From Zygophlyctis sp. KS116 (taxonomy: Eukaryota > Fungi > Chytridiomycota): a stretch of 22,716 nt of DNA. The position numbers and the translations under genes are program-made. The notes under the pieces were generated by a model, which saw nothing but the letters and a program-made list of their open reading frames with translations, did no database searches and was not told where the DNA came from. Location: contig BAAFSQ010000160.1 in assembly GCA_054661495.1 (NCBI GenBank), positions 1-22,716 of the forward strand. Reading direction: 5' to 3'. Positions 9,811 to 22,716 of the stretch are shown piece by piece. The stretch's first letter is position 1. Each line of letters starts with the position of its first letter.

Positions 9811-9960
9811 CTACTTTCTAGGTGGATTATTAGATCGTCCAGAACCTGATGGATTTCCAGTCTTACTTGGCCATCCTGCTGTATTTGATGTTGTTTCACT
9901 CGTATTTGGAGCATTTCCTGCGCTTGGTTTAGAATTATTTGAGCTTTGATTAGAATTCAT
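9811..9960 (-). CDS. 49-aa hydrophilic small ORF
   Basis: MNSNQSSNNSKPSAGNAPNTSETTSNTAGWPSKTGNPSGSGRSNNPPRK*. AAAATG start context and higher GC than its flanks. Confidence 0.6.
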   Translation of the reverse strand: MNSNQSSNNSKPSAGNAPNTSETTSNTAGWPSKTGNPSGSGRSNNPPRK

Positions 9961-10159
9961 TTTGTAGAGTTTTAATAAAGATGAATTATTTAATACATTT
10001 TGCTGCGTTTGATTAATTGTCAGGGTATTGTCCCCAAAGTCCCAAAATTTTATTACAAATCAGTTGATTTATTAAAAACTAAAAGATCTTAGATTTACGA
10101 AAACTTTAATCTCAAAATAATATAGAAATTATCAAATCTTTTATATTTTTTGAAAATGC

Positions 10160-11338
10160 TCAATATAGCAAATGTGGTTTTGTCAACTATATTTAATTAA
10201 ACTAGAAAATTACCTTGTTTTGCATTAAAGAATGTTGCATTATACCAATTCTTAAATCCATTGTTTTAATTTCAGATTTCAAGGCTAAAACTCCAGATTT
10301 TATATTTATAAGAGGCTTAGAATCTGTCATTCCATTTCCTATTTCGTCCATTCTAGACTTTATAGACTCTAAATCCATAGATACAGATGCTAGAGTCTCT
10401 GAAAGACTTGAAACTTGAGAATTTGCCTTGTTAAAGTCTTGTTTAAATTCAGAAATTGAACTTGAAATTTCCAAATGTTTACTAGAATATTTTTCAAATT
10501 GTGACTCTAGATATTTTTCTCTAGATTTTATTTTTTCTAGAGATTTTTCAATTTCTGTCGCTAATTTACTCGTATATCCTAGTATAGAGTCTTGAATAGA
10601 ATTAATTTTCTAAAAATCTTAGTTAAATTACATACTTTATAGTGAAAATTCATAGTTTCTAAATGCATTCTCCAATTTCTAGAATCATTAGAATAGTTTA
10701 GTAGTAATGGAGTCACTCTTTCTACTTGTAAAGCCCATTCTTGCCTATCAACTTTTAAATTTGAATTTTGTAATTGTAAATTTGTAAAATCTTGTGATAG
10801 AGCTAATCCTTTAAAAGAAATTGATTCTTCCTCTTCTTCTTCTTCTTGCCATTCCTTTTCATCAATTTCCAGATTAGCCGTAATTTCTGCATCTTCATCA
10901 ACCTCTGCATCTAGAGTTTTATCATCAATTTTAAAAATTGGTTTAGAAAATACAATTCCTTTTCCCTTGATAACAAGATTACTCAAGTATTCTAGTACTT
11001 GAATGACAATTTCACCTGTTCCAGACTTTAATTTAAGTGGTGGAATTTCCTCTAGTCCGATTTCCTTGAATACATTTACCATATTACTAGCCACTACATT
11101 TGGATCATCGAATTCTCCTGGCACTGGAAAACTCTGATTCCCACATTCTTCAAGTAGCCAATGTACTAAATTTCCAAAGTAAAAGAATTGGAAATTTGGA
11201 TTTGCTGATAACAGACTGAATGAGAATTTATTTAATTTGGGAAATTGTCTTCTATAATTCTTAAATTTAATAAAAATACTTGATAACCATTTCCCTCTCA
11301 TAATCCAATAGAGTCAATTTATCTAGTACTCCACTCAT
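10160..11338 (-). CDS. IFT57: Intraflagellar transport protein 57, 4 exons
   Basis: LDKLTLLDYE, NPNFQFFYF, EFDDPN, PPLKLKSGTGE, EWALQVERVTPLL, WRMHLE, LEKIKSREKYL, MDLRIGIMQHSL. Introns 11252-11279, 10610-10635 and 10187-10213. Confidence 0.93.
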
Positions 11339-11513
11339 TCGCGAGATTAAATTCCTTTCTACTTGCGCTTAATATTACCGATGACCAATCTATCTATTAC
11401 TCGGGCGGTGATCAGCGGCGGTGATCAAGTGCATAAGTATTCAGACATTAAACAGATCTAGTCAACAACAGAAATCAGAAATCGCCCTAAAACAAGTTGA
11501 AACTCAAAAATAG

Positions 11514-14500
11514 ATGAAACAGTCTAAACTATCCTTTGGAAAAGGTTTAAAACAACCGTCAAAGTCAAAAACTACAACGACTGACAAACAAGAGAAAAAG
11601 GCGGTTGATCCAATGCAGTTTTTTAGTAAAAAAGTTGAACAAACTCCAGGACTCGTAAAGGGAGTTAAAAAGAGTAAATATTTCCATGATTCTGAAATTG
11701 ATTCTATTTTACTAGATAAAGCAGAAGAATTGGAAAAACCGTTACTGGATATTACTCTAGTCAGTGATGAAAATGTTCCTGTAGAGGCAAAAGACAATAT
11801 AAAACCTGTAGAGGCAAAAGATGAAACTCTAAAAGTGGAAAATGATTCTAAAATTTCTCAAGACTCTACAAAGGAAGAGGGGAAAAAGAAATTCAATTTT
11901 TATGCGCACAAGGCAAAATTATCACAGATGCCAAAGGCTCATGGCTCAAAAGAGATTCCAGTAGGAGAAGAAAATTGTTTAGGTGGTCTAGCGTTTGTTT
12001 TTACTGGAGAATTGTCTAGTTTAACCAGAGATGAAGGAGTGGATTTAGTAAAGAGATATGGAGGGTATATTTGAAATTCTAAATTTATAGGAGAGTTGTA
12101 GGAGCTCCTTCTTCAAAAACTTCATATGTCGTGGTTGGAGAAGAGGCGGGAGCTTCTAAATTGGAAAAAGTAAAAAAATTAGGATTAAAGACGTTGGATG
12201 AAGATGGGTTATTAGATCTAATTAGAGATTCTAAAACTCAAGTGGTAAAGACTCCACCAAAAAAGTCTCCTAAAAAGACTTTGAAAAAATCTGTAGAGAA
12301 AAGTTCCCCAAAAAAGGATATAAAGCATACAATCGAGTCAATTAAAAGAGATAATTTAAATGTTGCTGATTTATCTGTTGCTGTAATTAAGGAGATTTTG
12401 GAAGAAAATAAAATTGATACGGTTGGTCTAATAGAAAAGTCGGAATTGATTGCAAAGATGAATGAACTATTGGGAGAGAGAAAAGAAGATTTCGCTGTTA
12501 AATCAGACAAAGTTACTATTCAAATGATAAAACAGGGTTCAGTTGATGTATTATCCTTGTCTATTTCATCCTTGAAAGAAATACTTGAAAAGAACCATGT
12601 ATCAACGACAGGCTTACTGGAAAAATCTGAACTACAGAATGCAGTCAAAGAGTTGGCTTTCAAGTCTATTCCCCAGAAAAATAAGTCTTTTGATTTTTCT
12701 CAAGAACCATCTAGTAAAAAGCAAAAGATTGATACGGGAAAATCTTTAATAGATGCAGTGGATGATCAGCTATGGACAGTTAAGTATAAGCCAAAATCCT
12801 ACTCGGATATTATTGGAAATAAGTCCATTCTTGAAAAACTGTCCAAATGGTTAAGAGAATGGTATTTTACTATATTTAATTTATAAAGGCATCAAAATCG
12901 CATGAATGATTTCAAAAAGCGCGATGAAACGTCTAGCTGGCGGGCTGCTCTTCTCTCAGGTCCTCCAGGTATGTTTTTTTAAAGGTGATAAAAGGTATTG
13001 GAAAAACTACCATGGCTCATCTTGTAGCTCAAACTGAAGGATATGATCCAATTGAATTTAATGCAAGTGATGTTCGTAGCAAGAAAGCTTTAGAGGTATT
13101 AATATATTCTCCCAAAGTTTAGAATATTGTAAAGGAGGCTTTAGGCACAAAAAGTATGACTGAATTCTTTCCTGTTCTGGGAAAAGGGCAAGACACGGTA
13201 TGCAATTAATGCATTTACAGGTAGAAAACCAAAAAAACTGTGATAATCATGGATGAAGTGGATGGAATGAGTGCTGGAGATAGAGGTATATACCCCCAAA
13301 TCATTAAATACAAGGTGGAAGTGCCGAATTAATTAGACTGATTAAGAAAAGTAAGGTCCCAATGATATGCATATGCAACGATCGAAAATCGCCCAAAATG
13401 CGTTCATTGGCTAATTCTTGCTTGGATTTATCTTTGAGAAGGCCAACTGCACAGCAGGTGGAAAACCGTATTAAAATGATTGCAGCCAAGGAAGGATTAG
13501 ATTTGAAACCAAATGTAGTAGGTGAGTTGGTTGCTAGCACGTCTGCCGATATCCGACAGATTCTAAATATGCTTTCAACATATCGACTATCCCGAAATGT
13601 TATGACATATGATCAGAGTAAAAATATGTAACATTGATAATTTCTAAATTAAAGTGCTCTGAATGCGAAGAAGAATATTACCGTTGGCCCATTCGATGTG
13701 ATGTCAAAGATTTTTTCTCAATCAGGCTTTCGTTCAATGTCTCTGACAGAAAAAATTGAACAATATTTTCATGATTATTCTATAATACCTCTGATGATTC
13801 AGGTAATATATTTAATTTTATGAATAGGAAAATTACATTCGAATGTCTCCTTCATTAGCCAGAGAATCTGGAAAGACTCCTAAAGAAATAGAGCTTGAAA
13901 CTCTCGCATTGATAAGTAATGCTGCTGATGCAATCTCTCTCGGTGACATTTTAGATAATTCTCAGAGAAGGTAATAACCCCTTAATTAAATACGTAGTGC
14001 TAATAATTGGTCTCTATTGCCAGTTCACGCAGCTTTTTCTACTGTAATACCATGCTTTTATACACATGGGCAAATGAATGGAATGTTTAACTTTCCAAGG
14101 TATAATATTATGCGCTTATAAAGTAGTTGGCTGGGCCAAAATTCAAAATCGTCTAAAACTGGAAGACTGTTGCGTGAGCTTGCGTGCCACACTCGCATGC
14201 ATGTTTCGGGGGATAAATTAGAATTTAGAGAATCTTATATCCCAGCATTTGTATCTAGAATGTTTGATCCTCTTTCCAAACAAGGACAAGGTGGAATTAA
14301 TGAAGTGATTAGTTTTATGGACCATTACCATATTACAAAGGATGATTTTGACTGCATTAACGAACTTTTTATGGGGAAACTTCCAGATATACCTAGCTCT
14401 GTTAAATCGGCGTTCACAAGGACTTACAATAAGATGTCTCATCCGACTGTATCAACATTTAAGAGTAGCGGTGGAGGTGGGCATGGAGATGTTTCTCGAC

Positions 14501-14661
14501 CAGATTTTGAAGACATTTTGGATGATGATGAGGATGTGCCAGATGAGGAGGAAGAAGAGGAGAAGCTGAATGATAAAATGATCAAAATACCTAAAAAGAA
14601 GGAAACAAAATCAAAAGAATCGAGTTCGAAGCCAAAAGGAAAATCCAAAAAACAAAGTTAA
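11514..14661 (+). CDS. RFC1: Replication factor C subunit 1, 11 exons
   Basis: BRCT domain (GEENCLGGLAFVFTGEL), LWTVKYKP, Walker A SGPPGIGKTT, Walker B IIMDEVDGMSAGDRGG, FPSWLGQNS. Introns 12065-12090, 12862-12888, 12969-12994, 13096-13122, 13198-13224, 13286-13314, 13628-13654, 13803-13827, 13971-13997 and 14100-14126. Confidence 0.97.
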
Positions 14662-14709
14662 GGTCCTTGGTTCAATTCTGTGCTTGTAATTTTTGATTAG
14701 ATTTTTGAG

Positions 14710-14925
14710 ATGAAACTTTCAGCAGAATATGATTCACTTGAGAAATTAGTTAATAAATTGATGGTTCAATATGGACAAACCAAAAAGGCTCAAGTGGAAA
14801 ATATAGAATATCCCCTAGAGCTGATCGGGTAAGTGAAATCCGCTGATTGTAGAGAAATTAACAAGGATCTCGAAAAAGTACATTATATTATTGATGATAT
14901 GGAACTGCAACTTAGAGATCAGTAG
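14710..14925 (+). CDS. Unknown 63-aa helical/coiled-coil protein, 2 exons (absent from the ORF track)
   Basis: MKLSAEYDSLEKLVNKLMVQYGQTKKAQVENIEYPLELIG|EINKDLEKVHYIIDDMELQLRDQ*. Consensus intron 14829-14852 (GTAAGT..GCTGAT..TAG) removes an in-frame stop. Confidence 0.6.
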
Positions 14926-14973
14926 CGGACCTTTTAATCCTTTGATTGATTTAGTACAGTCAACTGATGATAT

Positions 14974-17900
14974 TTAGTTTTTCAAATAAATTCGACTTGA
15001 TTGCGTTTCTGGCATTATCTGGATTTGTTTAGATTTTTTAGGATTTTCAATCACTACATTTAATTTGTCATGAGTGATAGAGATTTTAGGGAGATGAATG
15101 TGTCCAGGCACCAACGGAATAAGAAGTAATTTGATCTCGACTTTCGTCTTCTTAAAATAAGTGAAAATACAATTACATCAAGATCAATTACTCCGGCAGA
15201 AGTCCCTGAAAGCATCCATGAGTTTCCAAGATCTACTTCAAACAAAACATTTTGAATTGGCCCGCCAGAGCATTTGATGATATTCAATTTTGAAGGGATC
15301 GGTTTATACACTTGATATTGCCCATGTGGTTCAAGCTCAAATTCAGTTAAAAGCTTTGCCTAAGATTAGAAATATTGGAAATATTACATGGATGAAAGGA
15401 CGGACAACGCCATATTCTAAACTCCATTTCCTGATTGATAAATTAGAATATTCAATCCAAGAATTCTCAGACTTGAACTGATTTAAGATGTCAAGAATTT
15501 TCTCGGCAGTTTTGAAATTTACAGTTGATAATTCGGGGGGATTTGATACAATGTCAGGAAAACGTATTTTTTGCCAAACTGCCCATTCTATCAAGTTACA
15601 TTGGGGTATTATATGCTGTCGAATGAAATATGACAAGAATCCAAAAAGATTTAATTTTCCACATTTGGAAAGGTGTTGATTGAGACGATCCAGCAGATAT
15701 ATTTCCAAATCTAAACTTTCAGCATTCTAAACATACCCTCTGAAGAATTATGATACTTTATCTCGAGTTTGAGATCTGATAAAAGACTTTCAGATTCCAT
15801 CGGAAATATGAATGATAATTTTTGGTTTTCATATAAAAACTAAAATAAATAACTTTGACAATCCATACCTGGCTTTCAATCTTTTCCAATGGGCTTATCC
15901 ATTCATTATCCGAGTTCTTAAGACCAATGAAATCTAATACAAGCGGGTTTTCATCTGCTGAAACAATATCTGCTTTTAGAAAGCACCTTTAAGAGTTAAA
16001 TGTGCATGAAATACTTTTCTTTTGCATAAATAAATTTATGCTCAATATTTAACGGACTTCTTGTCCGAATTTCTTCAACAGTTGAATAAGTATGCGGAGT
16101 ATCATTTTGGCGAAGAAAATCAATCAAAATTTTGATCTTGGTATGAGTCGATATATATAAAATATACCAGTTTTGGTGATTTTTCATCAACTTCTACTTG
16201 ACAGGATAATTCAATCACATACAAAGAACCGTGATTGCATTCTTGCATGTAAAAAAATCCATCATTCATGTACTTTATACGACCTTCAACAACTTCTTCT
16301 CCTAATATATCAGCAGAGTATAGAATACCAATATATTGAAAATACTTAAGCTCAGTGCCAGCAGAAATGTGCAGCCCTGAAATTGGCTCAAATTTCAGTT
16401 TCAAATCACGGAGCTGTGGCTCCTTGACTGAGAGAAAAACAGAAAGTCTGTCAAGAGGAGAACCATATGACACTAATAATTTATCTGTATAATGTTACCA
16501 TTAATTGGAAGACCAACATCTACTTTTAAAGATGATAAATTTTCATTGATTGATATTGGGCTAGATTTTAAATCCATTTTGTAATTCATCTGCAGCTTTC
16601 CTATTTTGATCGAAAAAATATTAGGGATATATTTGCCTCCATTTGAAAATTCCTATTATTATTTCATTGATTATACATCAAAAACAAGATTAACAGTATT
16701 TTCTCCTGGGTTCAGTAATATTTCGAACGCACGGCAGTCAATTTCCCGTGCATCTGAACTTTTTAACATTAAACAAAGCTCCTTCACCATTATATCCTAT
16801 ATAATAAGTAATCTTAATCACCATTTCTAGCATATTTATTACGGATATGGTCAGAGTCATCACATCATCATCAGCCAGCTTGTTTTGAACTGAAAGAACT
16901 TTAACATGAAAAACATCCGGGGATTCAAATGCAGCATGTTCCTCCATTTTTGATGCATGCAGTAAAATATCTTTAAAATAGTCATTCACTTTCCGGAAAT
17001 GTATCAGATTAGGATTCCTAACGAGATAAAAGCATGTCTTAATAAATGGAGTGATTTTCCCAAGACCTTTCTGACACACTGCTAGATTTTCCAAAATAAA
17101 AATAGAAATACTCTTCCAATTCTGATCAACATATTGCTGACTTATTTGTTCCCAGATTTCACAGGCATCTGCATAGCGATTACGTGAATAATGAATTCTA
17201 GCAATATCATGAAGAAAAAGAAGTCTTAAATTCAGACGTGAACAATTTTCCACTGATTTAATAGCCATATATGTAATTTTCTTACAGTTAGTCATAATAA
17301 ATTACAATATATAGCTCATCAAACTTTCCAACATCACCTAGCGCAGACTTGAGCTCTAAATTTGTTGTCGATATTAAACTGTCAGAGTATTGATTTGAGT
17401 CATTATCTTCTACTAAAACTTCTTTTGAAAAAGGATGCAGAGGTTTTAGAATCATTCCATGTAAAAGACCAAACTTATCCAACTGAATTCTCGCTAAATG
17501 TAGCAAAGTACTTTGAATCGCTTCACATTGCCGAAATGTAGTTGGATTCATTGGAGTTGAAAGATTTCCAACCAAGTCTTCATAAGATTGAATCACAGCC
17601 ATACACCCTGAAAAAACCCAAGATTCCCTAAAAAAAGGAATCAGTGACACCTTGTATTCATTCAGCGTTTTTGAAAAAGAATTTATAAAATCCAAACACC
17701 GTGTCAGAAACTGTAATGGCTGTTGTAATCTTTTCAATAATGCGCATTGTCTTGCAAAAAGATAAATTCTAAAATCAAAAATAGTCGTACTATTTTGATA
17801 AATATCTTGTCTATAATTCTTTTTAGTGAAATCTAAAATATTTCCTGAATCATCTCCATCCAAAGTCCCTCCAAACTTTTTAAACCAAGGAAGTGCCTGC

Positions 17901-18729
17901 TCTAAATAATTTTTTAAAAATTGTCTAGTACCATATAATGTCTGAAAAAACCCAGCTTCTAATTCATCATACTGCACCAATGCTTCATCAAAGAGCCCCA
18001 TAAGTTCATATGTAAACGATAATGACTCCTTTATATTAAAAATAAAGACGTAAAACCTTTAAAATAAAAAACTGACAATAATTCCAACCGGGAATCAATC
18101 TTTGCTGATCTAATCTCCTTGTATCTTCATCCGCATGATTAATTTGCATTGTAAAACTAGCTACTATAGCTTCTTTAATTTTTGCCATAAGTTCATTCCA
18201 ACATTCAAAATCTTTTGATTCATTCCCATTTAATTTTAGATTTAAAACTCTAATTGTTTAAGATTCTAAAATCACCTTTTAGGAGGAAAATCCCCTTTAA
18301 TCCGATCAGGAATATTCCTAGATAAACTTTGTAGTATTGAATTTCCTTTTTTTTCGACAGATCCTACGTGTATTATATACCATTCCTGAAAGTTTTTTGG
18401 AATTGTTGCAATCCAATCCTGAATTTGCCTCTTAATAATATTTTTGTACTCATCTACATCATCACAGCTAGTAATAAACAAGTGACAAAAGAATGTGTTT
18501 TGAACGAATCCACCCATTCCTATGGCCGGAAACATTTTTGGAGAAAACCGGACAAAATCAATTTCGACACTTGGAATTATTTTTGTTTCTGAACGAGTTT
18601 GCACCACCAGCGATCTTAACGGAAGTCTGCTAGAAATGCCCTTCCAAACACTATTTTCCCAGCCATCATCGGCAAAATCTATTTTTAATAATCCAAAGTA
18701 CAAGAGACTTGTATTTTTCTATCAGCCAT
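14974..18729 (-). CDS. TRAPPC10: TRAPP II subunit TRAPPC10/Trs130, about 15 exons
   Basis: RLPLRSL, QRLIPGWNYCQFFILKESLSFTYELMGLFDEALVQYDELEA, IFDFRIYLFARQ, and C-terminal LLLIPLVPGHIHLPKI. Fourteen GT-AG introns of 23-31 nt give a continuous frame. Confidence 0.92.
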
Positions 18730-18769
18730 AAAACCAACGTTTGGACAGAGGTCTAGTTGAAGGAGTTAA

Positions 18770-19514
18770 ATGAAATTTCATTCGTCGTCACCGTTGCCGT
18801 CTAATTGTACCTTGATTCTTCCCAGTTGGAATAGTATTAATATGATTAATGCATGCTTAGATCTCTTTATATATAATACCGGTTTCAAGAGAATCGGTTC
18901 TTTGGAGTCGCTATATTCTCTTCCAATGGTTGGATCTGATGCGCTCGGCGGTACAAATTTGTGTTCCGGACTAGAAGTATATCTAAAGGAAAATACGATT
19001 ATAATTCAGGCACGATCGTCAATCGTCAAGGGAAAAGGAATTAAATTTGTACAGGAATTGGTAGAATGGATTGCAAGTATAAAAACTTCAAAAGTGTTGA
19101 TTGTAAGTTCTGCTGATTCAGCTAGAAAACCGGATGGGGCTGAGGATTGGTTGGCTTTTGTAAATTATGGTTTCATGGGGATTGAAGGGATACAGGGAAT
19201 ACAGAATATTGATATTTCTGTTCCTTCTTATTTAGCAGTTCCTGTAGGGGATACTTTATGGCCAGTAGGAGGTGGATTGACAAGATGGGTCTTTGCAAAG
19301 TTGAAGCAAGAAAAGATTCAAACGGCTGCATTAATCGCTTTTTGTAGTCAGGGGGATATAAAAGATATTTTGACTCATATGGCAGATAAAATGAATCAGA
19401 TATTAAAAAGTGGTAATTTTAGAAATAATTTATAATCTTTTAGAATCACTTGAAATTTTGGAATTTCCACCTTCTTGGACTGCACAAGATAAATTTGTTA
19501 AATATCAAACAGAG

Positions 19515-19526
<12 letters not shown>
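18770..19526 (+). CDS. PSMG2: Proteasome assembly chaperone 2 (PAC2), 2 exons
   Basis: TLILPS, LPMVGSDA, LEVY, IIQARS, GGGLTR, FCSQGD and C-terminal PPSW...LYG. Intron 19413-19443. Confidence 0.85.
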
Positions 19527-21935
<2,409 letters not shown>

Positions 21936-21952
21936 AATATCAAACACGTCAC

Positions 21953-22716
21953 TTACAATTTAGGAAATATTACCGCTTTCTTTTGTAGAGAAGCTACAGC
22001 TGCATTAGGAACATCAGGATTATTTAACATGCAAGAACTCCATAACGCCACATAATCTAGACCATCAGCCACTGAATGATCTCTAGAATGAATTAAAATA
22101 TGTTTTGATCCTAAACTTGCAATTGGTGACTTGGCTGCAATAATCCTTGCTAATTCAAGAGCTTCATCTAAATTTAGTGATTAAATTATACTTTTTAACT
22201 CGATCTTATCTTTTAAAACTTTACTTAGCAGTCCAAACTCTAATGCTTCTTTAGCAGATACATTTTTAGCAGATAAAACAATTTCTCTAACCCATGATTC
22301 ATTTCCTACAATTTTTGGAAGCCTTTGAAGAGTTCCAATCTTTTAAATTAAAATTATAAATAATATACATCTGCTGCAAGACCAATATCCACTTCCTTTA
22401 CACAAAAATACGCATCATTAGACGCATATCTTACATCACAAGCACAAATCAAATCAACTCCTCCTCCAATACATGCCCCTGAAATAGCAGCGATAACCGG
22501 TTTATTACATTTTTCAATTGCAGTAATTGATTCCTGGAATAATTTCAAAAGTGGAAAGAATCTTAATGCTTCCCTAGCAGGATCCTTATCAGTCGATCCA
22601 GGAAATACATCCATTTCAGATAAATCCAAGCCCGCACAAAATACTCTACTATTTCCGCCACAGAGCAAAACAACTCGAACATCAGAAGAATCTCTGACAA
22701 AATTAAAAACATGCAA
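21953..22716 (-). CDS. ECH1: Delta(3,5)-Delta(2,4)-dienoyl-CoA isomerase (crotonase family), 5' end outside the window
   Basis: FCAGLDL, IEKCNKPVIAAISGACIGGGVDLICACDVRY, VKEVDIGLAADIGTLQRLPKIVGN, HSRDHSVADGLDY. Ends in PKL* (PTS1-like). Introns 22340-22368 and 22168-22191. Confidence 0.93.

Noticed and set aside
15019-15057. Possible 39-nt terminal intron in TRAPPC10
   Set aside because: It reads in frame as a plausible C-terminal strand and is longer than the intron norm; not needed.
2532-18731. Antisense or alternate-frame ORFs in the track (e.g. 2974-3318, 5192-5536, 11504-11797, 12238-12510, 14439-14648, 18368-18592)
   Set aside because: They shadow well-supported genes, show the S/F/L-rich composition expected opposite E/K-rich coding sequence, and contain no motifs I recognise.

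Overview
AT-rich, very gene-dense eukaryotic DNA, most likely from a flagellated (zoosporic, chytrid-like) fungus; the taxon is inferred from fungal-type housekeeping genes sitting beside flagellar genes. The ORF track is fragmented by about 55 very short spliceosomal introns that I reconstructed by hand (23-34 nt, mostly 26-27 nt, plus one of 61 nt). Spliced models: RPS10, CFAP58, U2AF1, a lebercilin-like/FN3 protein, a secreted repeat protein, MHR1/mL67, an NDUFA4/B12D-like microprotein, a 49-aa sORF, IFT57, RFC1, a 63-aa coiled-coil gene, TRAPPC10/Trs130, PSMG2/PAC2, an RSPH10B-like MORN protein and a partial ECH1. The main signal: the only non-AG intron in the window (GT...TG, 4265-4291) lies in U2AF1, the factor that reads the 3' AG. 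Both intron retention and use of the nearest AG give premature stops, which makes it a candidate autoregulatory splicing switch; a single-base sequence error is not excluded. Other points are overlapping convergent CDS ends, 17-48 nt gene gaps, a GTGAC(G/A)T motif just before three flagellar genes, and an extra SAP-like repeat in RFC1. All coordinates were counted by eye.
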